Shown piece after piece: positions 9,391 through 18,119 of a DNA stretch of 32,000 nt. Position 1 is the first letter of the stretch. The number at the start of each line of letters is the position of its first letter. Both the position numbers and the translations under genes were made by a program. The DNA is from Desulfotalea psychrophila LSv54 (GTDB lineage Bacteria > Desulfobacterota > Desulfobulbia > Desulfobulbales > Desulfocapsaceae): assembly GCF_000025945.1 (NCBI RefSeq), contig NC_006138.1, positions 2,460,001-2,492,000 on the forward strand. Reading direction: 5' to 3'. The notes beneath the pieces are model-generated. The model did not search any database, was not told the DNA's origin, and saw only the letters and a list, made by a program, of their open reading frames with translations.

Positions 9391-9780
9391 ATGAGATTAC
9401 AAGAATACTTTGCAGGACAATCTGGGGTTGGAGTTATTTCGACAGCAAACAATAAAGGTGAGGTAAACAGCGCTGTTTATGCCAAGCCTCATGTAACTGG
9501 TAAAAACAGTATAGCATTTGTAACACGTGATAAACTGACAAGGGCAAACCTACAAGAGAACGTCAAAGCGAACTATCTCTTTATTGAGAAAGAGGGAGAT
9601 TTTAAAGGTATTCGACTCTATCTCACCATGACAGAAGAAGTACAAGATAAAGAGCTTATTGCCTCTTTATCGCGAAGAACATCTGCAAACGAAGACGATA
9701 GTATAGAAAGATTTTTAATTTATTTCAATGTTGAAAAGGCTCTTGCTCTGATTGGGGATGAGGCGTTTGAACTAGAGTAA
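9391..9780 (+). CDS. Pyridoxamine 5'-phosphate oxidase-like FMN-binding split-barrel protein
   Basis: 129 aa. The pattern GVGVISTANNKGEVNSAVYAKPHV...ANLQEN..A is typical of the small PNPOx-like family. Confidence 0.55.
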   Translation: MRLQEYFAGQSGVGVISTANNKGEVNSAVYAKPHVTGKNSIAFVTRDKLTRANLQENVKANYLFIEKEGDFKGIRLYLTMTEEVQDKELIASLSRRTSANEDDSIERFLIYFNVEKALALIGDEAFELE

Positions 9781-9785
9781 TAAAT

Positions 9786-9807
9786 CAAAGGGTATACCTT
9801 TTTTTAT
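9786..9807 (+). terminator. Small terminator after the PNPOx-like gene
   Basis: aaagg-gtatac-ccttt hairpin followed by a T7 run. Confidence 0.45.
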
Positions 9808-9811
9808 GATA

Positions 9812-9842
9812 TCAAGACTACCATGCAGCATGGTAGTCTTGA
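9812..9842. terminator. Strong 14-bp hairpin between convergent genes
   Basis: caagactaccatgc / gcatggtagtcttg with a 3-nt loop. There is no U-tract, so its function as a terminator is inferred from position only. Confidence 0.4.
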
Positions 9843-9847
9843 CTTAA

Positions 9848-10204
9848 TCAATGAATCAAAAAATCTTCTAAATTATTTTTTCCATACTCAATTGTGCTAT
9901 CTGTATTTTTTATTTGTTTAGCAATTGTGGCCATAATAAGTTTAACCCCGTTTGTCTTTTCGGGATCTGTGAGTGGAAATAATCTAACGGTAAGGCTCGA
10001 TTTTTTTTGTGAAAGTTGAACAAAAAAGTTTTGATTAACTCCATTCTCAATCGCTAAAGATTCGATCAAGGCACTCTGCTCGCTAGCATTAATGTATTTA
10101 TCTACAACCTTTAATATTCCACCGTCTATCTTATTTGCGAAAGGCTGTACAGCATCAAAAGCGGCTTTGGTTGAGTTTATGTTTTCCAGAACAATATGTG
10201 GCAT
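9848..10204 (-). CDS. Hypothetical protein (118 aa)
   Basis: ATG preceded by AGGAGGAG at ideal spacing. No recognisable motifs. AT-rich. Confidence 0.5.
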   Translation of the reverse strand: MPHIVLENINSTKAAFDAVQPFANKIDGGILKVVDKYINASEQSALIESLAIENGVNQNFFVQLSQKKSSLTVRLFPLTDPEKTNGVKLIMATIAKQIKNTDSTIEYGKNNLEDFLIH

Positions 10205-10325
10205 ATCTCCTCCTCTGTTTTTGATTAAAGTATTTAGATTGTATCCATTACTGAATAGCTAGGTTATATGAGCAACTTTTCCTTATTGCTCCACTTCTAT
10301 AAAATAATCTTCCCACCTGTTGCTT

Positions 10326-10841
10326 TTATTTCTGTTTCACATAAATGAGTGCCTCCGTATCAAAACCTTTCTCTTTTGCAGTTTCAACAAAGTGGCTTAT
10401 AATTTCTTTTTCAACCTTAGGGGTGCGCGAAAGTAGCCAAAGATAGTTGTGATTAAATCCGGAGACATAGGCATATTGATAATTTTCCTCATCAAGACCG
10501 AAAACCACATACGAGCTGTAAAAAGGTCCAAAAAAAGAGACCTTGAGGTATCCCTCATTAATTTCCCCAGCTAAAAAGGCCTTTCCGACCGCTTCTTTCC
10601 ATTCATTCTTTGTATTTGAAAAACCACGATTAACAACCTTTACCTGACCATTGCCAAGAGAGGTGTATTCAGCACTAACCTGCTCAAGACCTCGTTCAAA
10701 AGAATGATCTAAGCGGGCAACTTCGTACCACTTCCCGAGATATCTATTCAAGTCGAACTGCTGTATAGGTGATACATTTTGTGGATATCCGCCACAACCA
10801 CTAAGCAATAGCGACAAGACACCAAGCAACCATTTAGACAT
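10326..10841 (-). CDS. blc: Bacterial lipocalin (outer-membrane lipoprotein Blc)
   Basis: Lipobox LLLSGC, then the DLNRYLGKWYEVARLDHSFERG lipocalin signature. Confidence 0.85.
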   Translation of the reverse strand: MSKWLLGVLSLLLSGCGGYPQNVSPIQQFDLNRYLGKWYEVARLDHSFERGLEQVSAEYTSLGNGQVKVVNRGFSNTKNEWKEAVGKAFLAGEINEGYLKVSFFGPFYSSYVVFGLDEENYQYAYVSGFNHNYLWLLSRTPKVEKEIISHFVETAKEKGFDTEALIYVKQK

Positions 10842-11299
10842 GGGGCACCAATCTCCTTTAAAAACAAATACCTACATTTTTTTTTGATTCGGCCAATAAA
10901 AGAGACCAGGTAACAGGCTCGCTTGTTAGGCTGACACAGCTTTCTCATCTTTGATTTGACACTTGACAACATTCTCAAACCTAGAGACCTATAACTCATT
11001 ATGCACATCCTTTTTTAAAAAATAAAGGTTACTGTGACGCCAAAAACTCTCCCAAGAAGGATATTGCTTTAAATGTAAGATACAGTAGTAATATCTCACA
11101 TCTAAACGTAGTCATTCAATTAAAGAGATACCATGTATTTGGGGAAGTATTTACCGGCAATATTCTATTGCACCTTATTCTTTTATATAGTGTACGCTTT
11201 AAATAAGTATACTGATGTGGCTACTCTGAATTGGCTGTATCAATGACATTCAGTATGAGTATCAAAAACAGGGGAAGTTTTCATGGGGTGTAAGATAAA

Positions 11300-11890
11300 A
11301 TGACTGATAAAAAGATAGTCCTATACAGCTTGACTACTTGTGGTTTCTGTCAGGCTATTAAGAAAATGTTTGATGATCTCGCGGTAGGCCACCTTTGTAT
11401 ACAGGCTGATGAATTGACTGGGGAGGAAAAAAAACAAGCATTAAGAGACCTCAGGAAGGTTAACCCTAAGTGTTCATTTCCAACTGTGGTCATAGATGAA
11501 ACAGTTGTCGTGGGACCTAAAATTCAGGAAATAAAAGAAAAAATAGGGATTCGTACTGAGGTAGATGAACTCTATGAGGTGCTTAAAAAGAAAAATGAGC
11601 CAAAAGGATATTATCTAAATGGAGATAGAGAGAAAACATTTGAACTTATTCGAGGCCTCTTAACCAATAAAAAGCGTTATGGCTATATGGCTTGTCCCTG
11701 TCGGCTTGCTTCTGGGGACAGGAATAATGATCGTGACATTATCTGTCCCTGTCTTTATCGAGAACCGGATGTAAAAGAATTCGGCAGTTGCTACTGCACT
11801 CTCTATGTGTCAGCTGACTGGTATACTGGGAAAATTGAAAGGCAAGAAGTTGCAGAGAGGCGGCCTCCTGAACACTATGAGTTAGACTAA
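11300..11890 (+). CDS. Glutaredoxin-like domain fused to ferredoxin:thioredoxin-reductase catalytic (FTRc) domain
   Basis: N-terminal CGFC redox motif in a Grx-like fold. The C-terminal cysteine pattern CPCR...CPC...GSCYCTLY is characteristic of the FTR catalytic subunit. Confidence 0.7.
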   Translation: MTDKKIVLYSLTTCGFCQAIKKMFDDLAVGHLCIQADELTGEEKKQALRDLRKVNPKCSFPTVVIDETVVVGPKIQEIKEKIGIRTEVDELYEVLKKKNEPKGYYLNGDREKTFELIRGLLTNKKRYGYMACPCRLASGDRNNDRDIICPCLYREPDVKEFGSCYCTLYVSADWYTGKIERQEVAERRPPEHYELD

Positions 11891-11912
11891 TGATTCAAGC
11901 GGGGAAAGAAAA

Positions 11913-12833
11913 ATGATTCGACTGGGATTATGCTGTATATTCCGTGAAGAGCCTATCCGCTTTCGCCAGACAACTGCTACAGCACTAAAAAAGACGTCAA
12001 GGCGGGAGCAGTTAGAAAAGCTCTCCTCTATTTGTTTGAAAAACCTACTGAGCTTAAGTAAAGCGTTAGAGTGGGTTATAGCACATGAAATAGGAGCTTT
12101 TCGTGTTTCATCTCCGCTCTTTCCGAGATTTACCCATCCTGGTGTTGGTTACCAACTGAATGAGCTGCCGGATCACAAAGCACTCATCACGCAGTGCGAT
12201 AAGATACGTACACGCAGGAAAGAATCAGATATTCGATTAAGCCTTCACCCTGATCAATTTAATGTTCTCTCTTCTCCGCATTCAGAAGTTGTAAAAAACA
12301 CCATTAAGGAACTGGAATATCAAGGGTTACTAGCAGAACTTATTGGGGCGGATGTAATAAATATCCATGGTGGAGGAGTGTATGGTGACAAAGCCCTTGC
12401 CCTTGGAAGACTAAGAGATAATTTTACATTGTTGTCTGCAAGAGTTCAAACTCGGCTCACCCTTGAAAATGATGATCATTCTTATACGCCTGCTGATCTG
12501 ATATCTGTTTGTGATGATATGAAGATCCCATTTGTGTACGATGTACACCATCATCGATGTTTGCCTGATCGGTTATCGATTAAAAATGCTACGACTGAAT
12601 GCGTAAGAAGCTGGAATAATATTGGTCGTGAACCATTATTCCATATTTCTACAGCTCTCAACGGGTATGGTTCTTCAAAGCCTCAACCTCACGCTGATTT
12701 TATAAATATAAACGATTTCCCGCAAGAATGGCTTCATCTGGATGCAACAGTCGAGGTTGAAGCAAAAGCAAAAGAGTTGGCTGTACTCAGGCTTAAAAAT
12801 GACCTCAATTTATTGGGGAAAAATGTACATTAA
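11913..12833 (+). CDS. uvsE: UV damage endonuclease (UvdE/UvsE)
   Basis: MIRLGLCCIF start, HPDQF, NIHGGG, LENDD and YDVHHHR motifs. 306 aa. RBS GGGGAAAG. Confidence 0.85.
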   Translation: MIRLGLCCIFREEPIRFRQTTATALKKTSRREQLEKLSSICLKNLLSLSKALEWVIAHEIGAFRVSSPLFPRFTHPGVGYQLNELPDHKALITQCDKIRTRRKESDIRLSLHPDQFNVLSSPHSEVVKNTIKELEYQGLLAELIGADVINIHGGGVYGDKALALGRLRDNFTLLSARVQTRLTLENDDHSYTPADLISVCDDMKIPFVYDVHHHRCLPDRLSIKNATTECVRSWNNIGREPLFHISTALNGYGSSKPQPHADFININDFPQEWLHLDATVEVEAKAKELAVLRLKNDLNLLGKNVH

Positions 12834-12917
12834 AGACAACTAAGATTGAAAATATTCAACGACCAAAGGAGGACCATAACAAGCTCTCCCTTTTTTGATG
12901 TAGACCTGTCTCTTTAT

Positions 12918-12965
12918 CAAAAAAATCCCCCTTGGGGCTTAGCAGCTTCAAGGGAGATTTTATTT
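12918..12965. terminator. Bidirectional terminator between uvsE and a convergent small ORF
   Basis: 9-bp stem atccccctt / aagggagat (one G-U pair) spanning 12925-12958. It is flanked by an A8 run on the left (T8 on the minus strand) and tttattt on the right. Confidence 0.6.
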
Positions 12966-12987
12966 ATAACAATAAGGCTCGAACGGT

Positions 12988-13167
12988 TTACCAACTGTCA
13001 CCAAGCACTACATTCAAATCCATGCAATTTTTTTGTTCTTCTTCGGTCAGATCTTCCTTTTTTTTAATTTGACCGAGATCCTCTATATAGCAGGCATACT
13101 CCGTACCATTCTTGTCTTGAACCCACACCATTTTTTGATACACTTTTGAAATGATTTCACCTTTCAT
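12988..13167 (-). CDS. Small hypothetical protein (59 aa), below the ORF-track cutoff
   Basis: MKGEIISKVYQKMVWVQDKNGTEYACYIEDLGQIKKKEDLTEEEQKNCMDLNVVLGDSW. GGAG lies 6 nt upstream of the ATG, and a terminator sits directly downstream. Confidence 0.5.
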   Translation of the reverse strand: MKGEIISKVYQKMVWVQDKNGTEYACYIEDLGQIKKKEDLTEEEQKNCMDLNVVLGDSW

Positions 13168-13695
13168 AGTAACTCCTTCATCCAGTGTTTATAAAATTAG
13201 GATCAGTCATTGAATCAGACTGCCTGTTGGTGCTACTCAAATACTTTTCTTATGAAAAATACTATATATAATTAGTCTAGTGATCTAACATTAAAAAGCA
13301 AGCCTGAATTATTAATCGTGATGTCCCCCAAAGCCTCACCTCAAAAATGCTTTAAAACGAATAAATTGTAAAGATTATGAATAACGGATAAAAAATTCAA
13401 ATCAATAGTGAACTTTGAACCCGTGAGTTGACTTTTAAACAAGGGATCAAAGAACTTCGTATGTTTACAAATAAAGAATTAACTAAATATCCTCTTGTAT
13501 TATTTAGATTTATTATGCATGCTGGGCCATTTTTTTGGTTGTGTTACCAATTTATTGTTTAGTGAAATTCTCGTTCGATATATGCAATTACCTTATCATG
13601 CCACTCAGTACCACCGAAAAAACGGCAAGACATGTAGCCATATCAAAACCTTAGAATTATACTCTGCCATCTCTTCAACGTTTTGCATCACGACC

Positions 13696-13735
13696 AAAAA
13701 AAGGGAGGAGCCATAAAACGCCGCCCTCCCCTCCT
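13696..13735 (-). terminator. Terminator after the alcohol dehydrogenase gene
   Basis: GGGAGG/CCTCCC stem with a T7 run on the minus strand (A-run 13696-13702 on plus). Confidence 0.5.
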
Positions 13736-13771
13736 TTATTTTTCTGAAACTATACCAAGTCCGCTCCAGAT

Positions 13772-14923
13772 TTAGAAATTAATCGCTGTTCCGTCGTAGC
13801 ATGCCTGGTAGATTGCCTTGATCTCTTCAAACGTAGGTTTTCTGAGGTTGAAAAGGGTACAGGGATCGTTCAGTGCATTCTCAGTCAGAGTATCCAACTT
13901 TGCTTCCCACTCTTTCTCACCAATACCATACTCTTTGAGTGACCCTACAACACCTGCAGATGCTCGGAGGTTTGATACTTCCTGGGCGAACTCTTCAGCA
14001 GTTGATTTGCCGGACAGAGCTGCAAGATCGGCATACTTATCTGTTACCTTGGAATTGAAACGGATGACGTTAGGCATAAGAATAGCATTACCACAACCAT
14101 GAGGTATACCGAAAGTTCCACCAATCTGATGTGACATGGAGTGAACAATTCCCAGCCATACATTGGTAAATGCCATACCTGCCATGCAGGAAGCATCGTG
14201 CATTGCCTGGCGGGCTTCCAGGTTTTTGGGCTCTTCTACAACAATGAGGAGATTCTTGAATACCAGGTCAATAGAACCTTTGGCCAGAGAATCGCTATAA
14301 CGGTCGGCAATGTTTGAGGCATAAGCTTCCACGCCATGGCTCAGGGCATCAAGTCCGGTATTTGCAGTTACATGCTTAGGCATGCTAGCGCAAAGCTCGC
14401 CATCAATAATAGCCACGTCAGGAGTCAGCTCGTGAGAAACGATAGGGTATTTTGTACCTTTCTCTCTGTCTGTAATTACGGAAAGACCGGTGATTTCTGT
14501 ACCTGTACCGCTTGTTGAGGGAATTGCAACGAAATAAGCCTTATTACGCAGGGCCTTAACAGCAAATGGAGCTGACAATTCTTCAAGCTTTGACTCAGGA
14601 TACTCGTAAAAAACCCACATTGCTTTAGCAGCATCGATGGCTGAACATCCGCCCAATCCGACAATAACATCGGGCTGTTCCTCGGTGAAGAACTCTGCTC
14701 CTTTAAGAACTGTCTCAATAGATGGATCAGCTTCTACACCGGAGAAAACAACAGATTCAATGTTTGCTTCAGAGAGGCAGTTCTGAGTTCTTTCCAGAGC
14801 TCCGTTTTTCTGAACTGAGCTACCACCAATGACAATAACTGCTTTGCTGCCTTTCAACCCTTTAAGATTCTCAAGAGTGCCTAAGCCGTGGAATATTTCT
14901 TTTGGAACAATAAATTTCGCCAT
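13772..14923 (-). CDS. Iron-containing (group III) alcohol dehydrogenase
   Basis: GGGSAIDAAKAM-type motif (GLGGCSAIDAAKAMW) and metal-binding His cluster (DALSHGVEAY...HSMSHQIGGTFGIPHG). 383 aa. Confidence 0.85.
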   Translation of the reverse strand: MAKFIVPKEIFHGLGTLENLKGLKGSKAVIVIGGSSVQKNGALERTQNCLSEANIESVVFSGVEADPSIETVLKGAEFFTEEQPDVIVGLGGCSAIDAAKAMWVFYEYPESKLEELSAPFAVKALRNKAYFVAIPSTSGTGTEITGLSVITDREKGTKYPIVSHELTPDVAIIDGELCASMPKHVTANTGLDALSHGVEAYASNIADRYSDSLAKGSIDLVFKNLLIVVEEPKNLEARQAMHDASCMAGMAFTNVWLGIVHSMSHQIGGTFGIPHGCGNAILMPNVIRFNSKVTDKYADLAALSGKSTAEEFAQEVSNLRASAGVVGSLKEYGIGEKEWEAKLDTLTENALNDPCTLFNLRKPTFEEIKAIYQACYDGTAINF

Positions 14924-14975
14924 TTTTATTTCTCTTCTGTTAACGACAATTAAAAAAACGGGCTGTTATTTTGTT

Positions 14976-14991
14976 AAAGCACCTGTGCTTT
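14976..14991. promoter_or_regulatory. Perfect palindrome AAAGCAC-CT-GTGCTTT in the adh/araC divergent control region
   Basis: 7-2-7 dyad located 53 nt upstream of the adh start codon. Candidate operator, with no experimental basis. Confidence 0.3.
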
Positions 14992-15289
14992 GCTTCCCGT
15001 TTCAAGAGGGGCGGCTACTTCCCGCCCTGTTCAATTCTTTTTTAATAAAGGTTCGGCCCGGGAGCCGCCCTACATTTTGTATCTAGCCACTGCCACGCGC
15101 TCAATGTGGCTGCTGCTGAACTGTGGGGAGAATATACGCTAAGCCAAGGAGCAATGGAATATCTGTTCCTGCTTAAATATTGCCTAATTCTGCTGAGAAT
15201 GTTTTTTTACTGCATGTTTGATTGCATTTACATGCTCATATATGGCATGGTGTAAATTCAGACTAAAGGCTTTGGATGGGAGAAACATT

Positions 15290-16171
15290 ATGTCCAGTAT
15301 GATAGCGTTGCTTGATCAGCTTGTTAAAAACGAACTGTTTACAGATTCAAAATTACCCGGTGTTCGATTTTTTATGTCTAACCAGCACATTCCCCGCACA
15401 CCCCTTGTTTACGATCCCGGAATATTTATTGTGGCTCAGGGGCGAAAGATTGGTTATCTGGGAGTCAGTATTTTCCAGTATGATGCGAATAATTATCTTG
15501 TCACCTCAGTTCCCATGCCCTTTGAATGTGAGACCTTTTCCACTCCAACCGCTCCATTTCTCGGGCTTTACATTGACATCAACATAGCCACACTTCATGA
15601 ATTGATCGGGATCATGGGGTTGGATGGCGACTTGCGAAACATACAGATGAGTGAGGTGCCTAAAGGTGTGGGGCCTGCTGAACTTGATGAGGATATGGGT
15701 GATGCGGTTGTAAGGTTGTTGAAATGTCTACAGTCTGAAACTGAAAGCAAAATTCTGGGACCGGGGCTGATAAAAGAAATACTGTATCGGGCACTTTGCG
15801 GAACCCAGGCCTCATCTCTTTGCGCACTGGCTACACATACAGGAAATTTTGCCAGGATATCCCATGCACTCCGATCGATACATAACGATTATGCATCCAA
15901 GCTTGATGTTGAACGCTTATCTCAACTTGCGAATATGAGTGTGTCTACATTCCATCGGGCCTTCAAGGAGGTAACCTCGGAATCCCCAGTTCAATATCTT
16001 AAAAAAATACGATTGAGCAGGGCACGCGATTTTATGCTGAACGAACAGATGAAAGCATATATTGCAGCCGATATGGTTGGGTATGAAAGCGCTTCACAAT
16101 TTAGCCGTGAATTCAAACGGTATTTCGGACAAAGTCCAGCTGACATGATACGAGAGTCACGATCGGCTTGA
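15290..16171 (+). CDS. AraC-family transcriptional regulator (AraC_N-type sensor domain + HTH)
   Basis: C-terminal HTH_18 pattern (LSQLANMSVSTFHRAFKEVTSESPVQYLKKIRLSRARDFM...GYESASQFSREFKRYFGQSP). The ATG at 15290 is preceded by GGGAGA. Divergent from adh. Confidence 0.8.
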   Translation: MSSMIALLDQLVKNELFTDSKLPGVRFFMSNQHIPRTPLVYDPGIFIVAQGRKIGYLGVSIFQYDANNYLVTSVPMPFECETFSTPTAPFLGLYIDINIATLHELIGIMGLDGDLRNIQMSEVPKGVGPAELDEDMGDAVVRLLKCLQSETESKILGPGLIKEILYRALCGTQASSLCALATHTGNFARISHALRSIHNDYASKLDVERLSQLANMSVSTFHRAFKEVTSESPVQYLKKIRLSRARDFMLNEQMKAYIAADMVGYESASQFSREFKRYFGQSPADMIRESRSA

Positions 16172-16239
16172 TGTCACTTTGATCCCTTCTATCCATTTTG
16201 TTTTTGTCTTCGTGGGAAAGATACTTTGACACAACGCTT

Positions 16240-16296
16240 ACTGTTCCTCGTATTACAACGAGTTAATATGGACTCGACAATGTCGGGGGAGGATCA
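16240..16296 (-). mobile_element. Solo terminal fragment (57 nt) of the same IS3-family element
   Basis: Aligns with 3554-3610 (...acaatgtcgggggaggatca versus ...acaatatcgggggaggatca). It contains an exact 10-nt inversion (16263-16272 ttaatatgga versus 3577-3586 tccatattaa). Confidence 0.75.
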
Positions 16297-16414
16297 TAAT
16301 GATGAATAAGCAACAAAGTCAGGAAACCGGAATAACAGGTTATATATCATAGATATAGGCTGATTTAAAATTCCTTACCAAGCATAAAAGTTCGCACTTT
16401 CAACTATTTAACAA

Positions 16415-16443
16415 TTGACATTTGCCAATATCTTTGTTAAAAG
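16415..16443 (+). promoter_or_regulatory. Candidate sigma70-type promoter upstream of the ablA leader
   Basis: TTGACA (16415-16420), 17-nt spacer, TAAAAG (16438-16443). Confidence 0.3.
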
Positions 16444-16799
16444 ATATCACTCTTTGTCTTGGCGGCGTTCGCTTCCTGAACGGACCGATCATAGACCCGC
16501 AGTTGAGGTGGACTGTGCTTACCCTTGGTAGGTTCGGGACGAATCCTCTTTCTTCTGGGCAGCACTGGCTTGAGGCACTCCGCTTCAAGATTGGGTGCGG
16601 GTGGCCCTTACCTGTAAAAAAAAACAGCACTTCAATCTTCGGGCACTCTGCTGCCTGGCCTTCCTATTTATCTGTGGCACGAGCTATTCCGTCATATTTC
16701 ATTTTGTTTGCCTTATGCAGGTGTCCTCCTAACGTCTTCATTTCCCTATGGGGAATTGTAGAATTTTGTTTAGTTAATACAAGCAAAGGAGAACAGACA

Positions 16800-18119
16800 A
16801 TGCCTATTTACTCAAATACTCAGCAGAATATTGCTGAGCAACTATCAACAGAAAAAATAAACATATCCAAATGGATGGATTGGAAATGGCAACTGAGAAA
16901 CAGCATTAAATCAGTTGAGCAGTTTGAAAGCCTGCTTGGCATTGAAATGGACGAGAAATACCGAAAAAAAATTAAAGAGACACTACGTAAATTTCCTCTG
17001 TCGATAACTCCTTATTATCTTTCTCTGATCAATAGCGAGGATTACAGCAACGACCCGATTTTTATCCAGTCCTTTCCGTCACCGAAGGAATTGGACATAT
17101 CCCCGCATGATATGGAAGACCCTCTTGCGGAGGACAAGGACAGCCCTGTTCCCAATATCACTCATCGCTACCCGGACCGGGTTCTTTTGCAAGTCAGCAA
17201 CACATGCGCAATGTACTGCCGGCATTGCACCCGAAAACGAAAAGTCGGCGATGTTGACTCTATCCCGCTTAAGCAGGAAATACTTAATGGTATTGAATAT
17301 ATCAGACAGACTCCTGTCATCAGGGATGTTCTCCTCTCCGGTGGTGATCCTCTCATGCTCTCTGATGATTATCTTGACTGGATCCTCTCAGAACTTCGCA
17401 CAATTCCACACGTTCAGGTCATTCGTATAGGCTCCAGAATGCCGGTCGTATTACCTTATCGTGTTACTGATAGCCTTGTCGCGATGCTCAAAAAGCATCA
17501 TCCGCTCTGGGTTAACACCCACTTTAATCATCCAAGAGAGGTCACTGCCTCAACTCGTGAAGCCTTAGCTAAGTTAGCAAATGCAGGCATCCCTCTTGGC
17601 AATCAAAGTGTATTGCTTGCTGGTGTAAACGACTGTCCCCGCATTATGAAGAGCCTGGTTCATAAACTGGTAGAAAACAGGGTTCGCCCCTACTACCTCT
17701 ATCAATGTGACCTAGCTGAAGGACTCAACCATTTCCGCACTCCAGTAGGTAAGGGTATTGAAATATTGGAAAGTCTGCGTGGCCATACTAGTGGTTTTGC
17801 AGTACCTACCTATGTGGTAGACGCTCCAGGCGGAGGGGGGAAAATTCCACTTAACCCAAATTATCTGGTTTCCTTTTCTACAAATAAGGTCATACTGCGC
17901 AACTATGAGGGGGTCATTACAACTTATCAGGAACCAGACAGCTATGAGTCTACCTTTTGTGATCGCAAATGTGCTGATTGCAACCTGCAATTATACCTTA
18001 ATGACGCTGAAGAGTCTCGAGCCATTGGAATAGAAAAACTGTTGGCAGACCACGACCGGACAATTTCTTTGGTGCCTAAGAAAAATGAACGTATGGAGCG
18101 GAGAGACAGTGAGCGATAA
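16800..18119 (+). CDS. ablA: Lysine 2,3-aminomutase (radical SAM)
   Basis: [12 protein letters not shown] radical-SAM cluster, SGGDPL, and the [12 protein letters not shown]...YYLYQCD...[19 protein letters not shown] KamA signature. The ATG at 16800 follows AAAGGAGAA; the upstream 378 nt of open frame are not protein-like. Confidence 0.85.
   Translation: MPIYSNTQQNIAEQLSTEKINISKWMDWKWQLRNSIKSVEQFESLLGIEMDEKYRKKIKETLRKFPLSITPYYLSLINSEDYSNDPIFIQSFPSPKELDISPHDMEDPLAEDKDSPVPNITHRYPDRVLLQVSNTCAMYCRHCTRKRKVGDVDSIPLKQEILNGIEYIRQTPVIRDVLLSGGDPLMLSDDYLDWILSELRTIPHVQVIRIGSRMPVVLPYRVTDSLVAMLKKHHPLWVNTHFNHPREVTASTREALAKLANAGIPLGNQSVLLAGVNDCPRIMKSLVHKLVENRVRPYYLYQCDLAEGLNHFRTPVGKGIEILESLRGHTSGFAVPTYVVDAPGGGGKIPLNPNYLVSFSTNKVILRNYEGVITTYQEPDSYESTFCDRKCADCNLQLYLNDAEESRAIGIEKLLADHDRTISLVPKKNERMERRDSER

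Noticed and set aside
13495-13716. ORF 13495-13716 (+), 73 aa, in the uvsE-adh gap
   Set aside because: It uses a TTG start without an RBS, has AT-rich Cys/His/Leu-biased composition, and runs into the adh terminator. It is probably spurious.
16527-16551. tRNA- or tmRNA-like T-arm (ggttcgggacgaatcc)
   Set aside because: There is no acceptor stem, anticodon arm or CCA context. The T-loop consensus GTTCGAATC is interrupted by 4 extra nt.
16674-16689. Sigma-54 promoter TGGCAC-N5-ATTCC upstream of ablA
   Set aside because: The -24 element is perfect, but the -12 element lacks the conserved GC (ATTCC versus TTGCA). There is no enhancer-binding protein gene nearby.
16422-16799. N-terminal 126-aa extension of lysine 2,3-aminomutase suggested by the long ORF 16422-18119
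   Set aside because: The extension has no KamA similarity and a non-protein-like composition. The ATG at 16800 has a good RBS and gives a normal 439-aa KamA. The open frame is attributed to GC-rich leader sequence.
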